From Penicillus capitatus (taxonomy: Eukaryota > Plantae > Chlorophyta), in assembly GCA_965649825.1 (NCBI GenBank), contig OZ287702.1, forward strand, positions 1,168,786-1,232,785: a stretch of 64,000 bases of DNA, read 5' to 3'. The position numbers and the translations under genes were made by a program. A model generated the notes under the pieces. That model worked only from the letters and a program-made list of their open reading frames with translations. It made no database searches and was not told the origin of the DNA. Below are positions 59,361 to 64,000 of the stretch, one piece after another (within the stretch, counting starts at the first letter, position 1; each line of letters opens with the position of its first letter).

Positions 59361-61116
59361 GCTTTTCTATATCGATTTGGACGATGGATCTATTCGCTAT
59401 CCTTAGATCCGTCGTGTGTGCTTTTTGTTTTCTTTTCTATGCAAATTGGCAAACGTTGAGTGATAGTCAATTACTTGAATCACGATGGGTTGGGAATCGG
59501 AAACCGGTTTCCACAACATGTGTTGCTTTTTCGATATGCTAACAACCATTAAACCATTTGTCAATATCTCAAACACACGTGGCTCGCTACACCAACTTTA
59601 GAATTCGCCTTTGGTTTATGGGCGCGTATTGAACGGCTCGTATGAAGAAAGAAGCATTTCCAGACCATTCTTTTAACCTAATGCGTTTTGGTTTGTATTC
59701 ACGATCGTTGAGGACGGACTGATTGTCTGAAGATGAATGGGTCGGCGGCAATGATGGAGCAGTGGTTAATGAGGTCCATCTGCACAGTCGTGCGCGCCGT
59801 TGTGTTTGTCAGTTGGATTGTCTTTCTTTGCAAACCAGGATTCCAGTTTGCGCAAACCCAGTCTTTCATCTGCTAAGGACTGGGATGTTGTTCTCTATTA
59901 TCATTGTATGTGGGTGACGAACGTCCTCTCTTAATCAAAGATGGATTTGACAGAATGCGATATGTCTTCGCCAGACTTCACTCAATCGCTGAAATCGTTG
60001 TCGCAATGCGCGGAGTCCTCGTTCGGTCAACGCCGTTTCCCTCTGACAATCTCTGATGACATTAAAAGACGCAGAGACGGTCTAACTGGTCGCGCTTGGC
60101 GCTGAGTCACAAGAAAAGTTGCGTGGATACTACTGTATCAAACACTGTCTCTGTTCTAGACACGATTTCTCGCCAATAATGTTAAGCATAGCCTCGACAG
60201 TTTTCGGATGCAAGCGTGAGCACTTCAACCTGCGTGCACGAGCGTAGGAGATGGTGAAAATTCGCGGTCACTCGACTGTTCGCACCTCTGACAGACACTC
60301 CAATAACGAAGACTCGATGAGTATGGCGTATGGCACGCAAGATGACGGCACTCTGTCTTAAACTGTCTGTCGTACAGAAAACGTCAAGAGATTTCACGTT
60401 TGGAGACTTCGAAAGACAGACGCATTCGACAAACACGTTCGAAAAGAAACGCACTGTCGACGAATGTTGTCGATCGACCAAAGAAACAGATCGACTGCAA
60501 GTCATTCGTAGCATTGGTGTGTTCGGCGAAGAAAAGGTGGTTCATTGACTTAGCCTGTGGTGATACAAAAAAGCGTCAAAGCGTGTGGTCCTGCACTTGT
60601 GCTGTTCGTACGTTGTGGAGAGAGTTGTCTACTCGTCATTCTTCGCGTGCTTGTGTAAGGAAATGGGTTATGGCATAGCCTTAGGGTACCAAAGAACGTA
60701 TCCGTTTCGAATTCGTCGAAACGCATGAGGGAAAACCATCGATGTGGAGAACTGGACGCGTTTGTGCCAGATGCGTTTGCACACAGGTCGAAAGGGTGGA
60801 ATGACATTCGGAATTTGCACGCACCTTGCGCAACGCGCTGGCGGCGCACAACTTCTGATTCTTCTTCAAGTGACCACGAACGGCACAAGGAAGCCATTAA
60901 CAATAAGTCTCTAAGGCATTGTACGAACCACCTTCTAAGTATGGCCGGTTGTGGATCATCCGACGATCATTATTGCGCTCAGTGCCCAAACCTCAAGACA
61001 AGGTCAAGACGCTTGTCCGTCTTGCGTTGCGTGAAAAACGCACAATCTATGCGTTACAGATAACCGCTCAATTGTATTAATTGAAACGTTGAGGATCAGA
61101 ATGAAATCGCAGAATC

Positions 61117-62338
61117 CTAGATCTCAACAAAAGAGTGCGACTTTCCCACAGCGCTGCCCACTGGGTACTCGACGCCGATAGCGCAAGCCAGCTCAACGCA
61201 TGCTTGTTTTTGGAAAATCATGACAAAATCTGACCCACCGAATTGAAAATAGCCAAGTTCTTCGCCTTTGTGCAGATAGACTCCCACGTCCGGCGTGAGA
61301 ACAACGGAAGAGACATGCGACATGCCGACTGGGATGCATCCGACCAGTCCGATTGGAGAGTCAAGCACGATCAGACCTAGCACACAGACAAGCCTCTCAT
61401 CGATGTCATCTTAGAGTGCGGCCTTCACCTCGAGTCTGGACAAACTGGAAACCGGTCCCTCCCACCAAGTTGAGAACCTTCTTATTGTCAATTCCATCTT
61501 CAACGACGATATCCATGTAGCACTGTCCCTGGATGTTCTTTTTCTCCAGCACCTTTCCAGCAGTCGGCGCGTGAAAACGATGATAGTTGTGTTCCTTGAG
61601 TAAACTATGCGTGAAGATCCCGCCAGCAAATGCATCTTTGTATTCGCTGTCTTCCAGCAGTTGGTGAATGGACCACTCGAGTCCCTTGATTTTAATGTGG
61701 CCCCCTGGATTGGTGTCTGATTTGGGGTGGATCTTCCACCATCCCACGAATGTCGAATCTGCAGGAGAGACGATGACACGATCATCCTTTAGACCAGCAA
61801 TTGGTCGAGCTCCCGGTTTCACATGTCGAGCAAAAAATTGATTGAGTGTGTAGTAGCCGCTTGGAGGGGCCATATACTCATCAGATTGGTGATCAAGAAA
61901 TGCTACGAGTTTTGGGATTTCTCGGACAGACTCGGGGCTGTCCATGTATGATCCCAAAGATTGAATGTAGCGCACCATCCACTCGGACAGTTCTGTGAGT
62001 TTCTTCGGTTTGTCTTTCGGTTCGACGCGACTCTGCCAGCTCATAAGAGGCTCTTGGTTTAGAATGAAGTCGACACCCAGAAGGGCGTTAGTTTCGTCAC
62101 GATGGCGTTCACTTAAAAACGGCTCGGTGAGCAATTTCTCGGCAAATACTAGAAAGTCCTCTGGTACCCTAATAGATCGAATTATTTCGACGCCATGTTT
62201 TTGAGCCTCGTCAATTGCTCTCTGAAAGGCGTCGCCCCAAACTGCGTCGTTGAGGATCTTTTCGGCTAGCCAATCCACCGGAGGTTGAAATTTCCTACGG
62301 ACTTTCGAATCTTCTACCACAGACGCGGCCGCCGCCAT
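61117..62338 (-). CDS. Phosphatidylserine decarboxylase-like pyruvoyl enzyme, two exons
   Basis: NQFFARHVKPGARPI, VIVSPADS, NYHRFHAP and GEELGYFQFGGSD (GGS self-cleavage site). A 52-bp GT-AG intron at 61377-61428 joins VQTRG to LIVLDSPIG. Confidence 0.85.
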
Positions 62339-64000
62339 GCTTCAGAACAGCGTAGTTGAAAAGATAGGACGGTGAAAACGACGCCGGCGTCGAAGTTAAA
62401 ACAGAAGTCCACGATCCGCAGACTAGCCGCAGACCGCCGGCGATGTAAGATGACACGCACAAAAAAACAAATGCGCTAATAACAGCTGTTCTGACGACAT
62501 GTTGTGATTGTCTCTTCGCTTCACCTTCTTCTGCGTCCGCGGCGACGGGCCACACAACTGCTGAACTTGTCGTGCTGTCGCGTCACGATCCGTTCGCTCT
62601 CCGTTCGCGACGACGGATGATGATGGGAACCGAGTTGCGAAGTCGGAAACACCTGAGATTCGTATTCGGAGTCGTCTCTTCTTTTCCCGAGGCAAGCTCG
62701 AGAATGTGTTTATGTTGTCAAGAACGCAAACGGCGGCCCGGGGAACGAAATTTTACCTCTTACAACCGCGAGCTTGACTCCGAACTGCGTCGTTTTCTCA
62801 TCTATCCCATTGAAGATCTCTGATCGGAGGTACTCCATTCAGCCAAAGTCTGCGCATTTCACAACGACAGGAGCAGCCAATCTTCTCAGCAGCGTCTTCC
62901 ACAGGTCGCTTGACGGGGTCGAATTCTTTCGGTCGGGCGTCCACTGACGGCAACGCCTTGCCCCTCCACGTGTGGCGTTGAGAGCGCCATTACCCCGGAG
63001 GTTCACCAGTCTGACGGGGATACGTCGGACAGTGGCGCGACGCGGCCGCGCCAACGCGCGTGTGCGGAAGTGGAGGGACTGTGTAGAGTCAAAGCTAAGA
63101 CTGATTACATCGCGCGCCCAGTCAGCTTTATAGCCCTGGCGCCCGCGGACCGCTGTCATGTCAAGCAGCGGACAGCCTGTCCGGTCCGCTGGGCCGCGAC
63201 CGTTATCGCGTACCCGTCAGGGGGTTTCCTTGCCGAGGCGCCGGACTGTTAGAGCTGGCTCTGAGATGCGTTACACTTCTCACCGAAGTCCCAGAAAACA
63301 ACCTATCCAACACGTGCCGTTGCCAATCAAAGAGAGTCGATAGAAAATGAGGTATTCCTCGACGACATCTGAGGTCTTAACACGCAATGACGACACAAAG
63401 AATAGTCATGTGTATGCATCGCCATTTGAGCCGCGTTTTCAGTAGCTAAATCTGCGTGCCTATTCTACCATCACTAAAACCTTTGTGATACCAAGGCTGT
63501 CACGCTCTCGTTTTAATGACTGTCAATAGTTGGGGTTGTCACATTGTGTCTGCCTCGTTTCCAAGGGTCCTGTCTTCCAAGGTGCGCTCGTAAGGGGTTC
63601 ACGACTTCTCTCCATTCTACCGACCGTCGGAGTCGCTAACATTTGAGAAAGAGAGAAAGTATGTGAACTGGAAGCCATGTTGCACCGCTTATGGTGCGGA
63701 ACAATGGTCACAATGTCAAGGGCGGTGAAAGTGGTTCTGTGAGAACAAGATGCATAGCAATAGATCATGTAGAAAGCACGACGGTGGGCATACAGACCGT
63801 ATGCGAACACCGTTAGTGTGAAGAAAAAATGAGAGTTCAAGTGGACAGAACCAAATAGAACGAAGTGAGTTGATGGCCGTGAAATCGAAAACGAGTGTAC
63901 AAGTTTTGCGAGTCAGGCAGCAGAACGACAAAGGAGTGGAGACTAAAACGAACACGGAATAGATAGGAGCAATGACAGAAACGCCCACACTGGAAACGTG

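Noticed and set aside
1-64000. Non-standard genetic code (TAA/TAG = Gln, as in some ulvophytes)
   Set aside because: GlyRS and NDUFV1 end in TAG at their expected C-termini, and the long ORFs contain no in-frame TAA/TAG.
1-64000. tRNA, rRNA or telomeric repeats
   Set aside because: None recognised by eye; isolated CCTAAAC/CCTAACC words near 35.2 kb are not tandem. Small ncRNAs could be missed.
62400-64000. Short ORFs and a GC-rich patch near 62.9-63.25 kb
   Set aside because: No coherent frame, domain or splice structure; it could be promoter/UTR sequence, but I cannot support a call.

Overview
Eukaryotic nuclear DNA, most likely from a green alga. Evidence: nuclear genes with plastid transit peptides, ~45-60 bp GT-AG introns, and TAG used as a stop at conserved C-termini, i.e. 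the standard code. Positions 1-25.5 kb are a very compact housekeeping block: organellar GlyRS 3' end, ZIP transporter, pTAC10-like S1 protein, plastid RPL6, NDUFV1, NDC1, PSAT, CYP71/PPWD1 and a DDT/WHIM protein. This block is interrupted by an ankyrin-TM gene and a NACHT-HEAT STAND gene. Positions 26-64 kb are looser accessory sequence: a bacterial-type alpha-2-macroglobulin-like gene, a ~1 kb TIR element, a TKL kinase, an intronless NB-ARC-TPR gene, a PI4KA pseudogene, a LINE remnant, a Pmp-repeat multi-TM receptor-like gene and a PSD-like decarboxylase. The most striking signal is a pair of NLR-like STAND genes 30 kb apart that share a ~400 aa N-terminal helical domain but differ in NTPase and sensor repeats. 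The NB-ARC-TPR protein also carries an N-terminal pro-domain ending in a ubiquitin-like LRGG followed directly by GNKASS, a cryptic myristoylation motif. Its 129-bp TPR units have hypervariable positions and a recent 1032-bp block duplication. All family assignments are from motif recognition without database searches.
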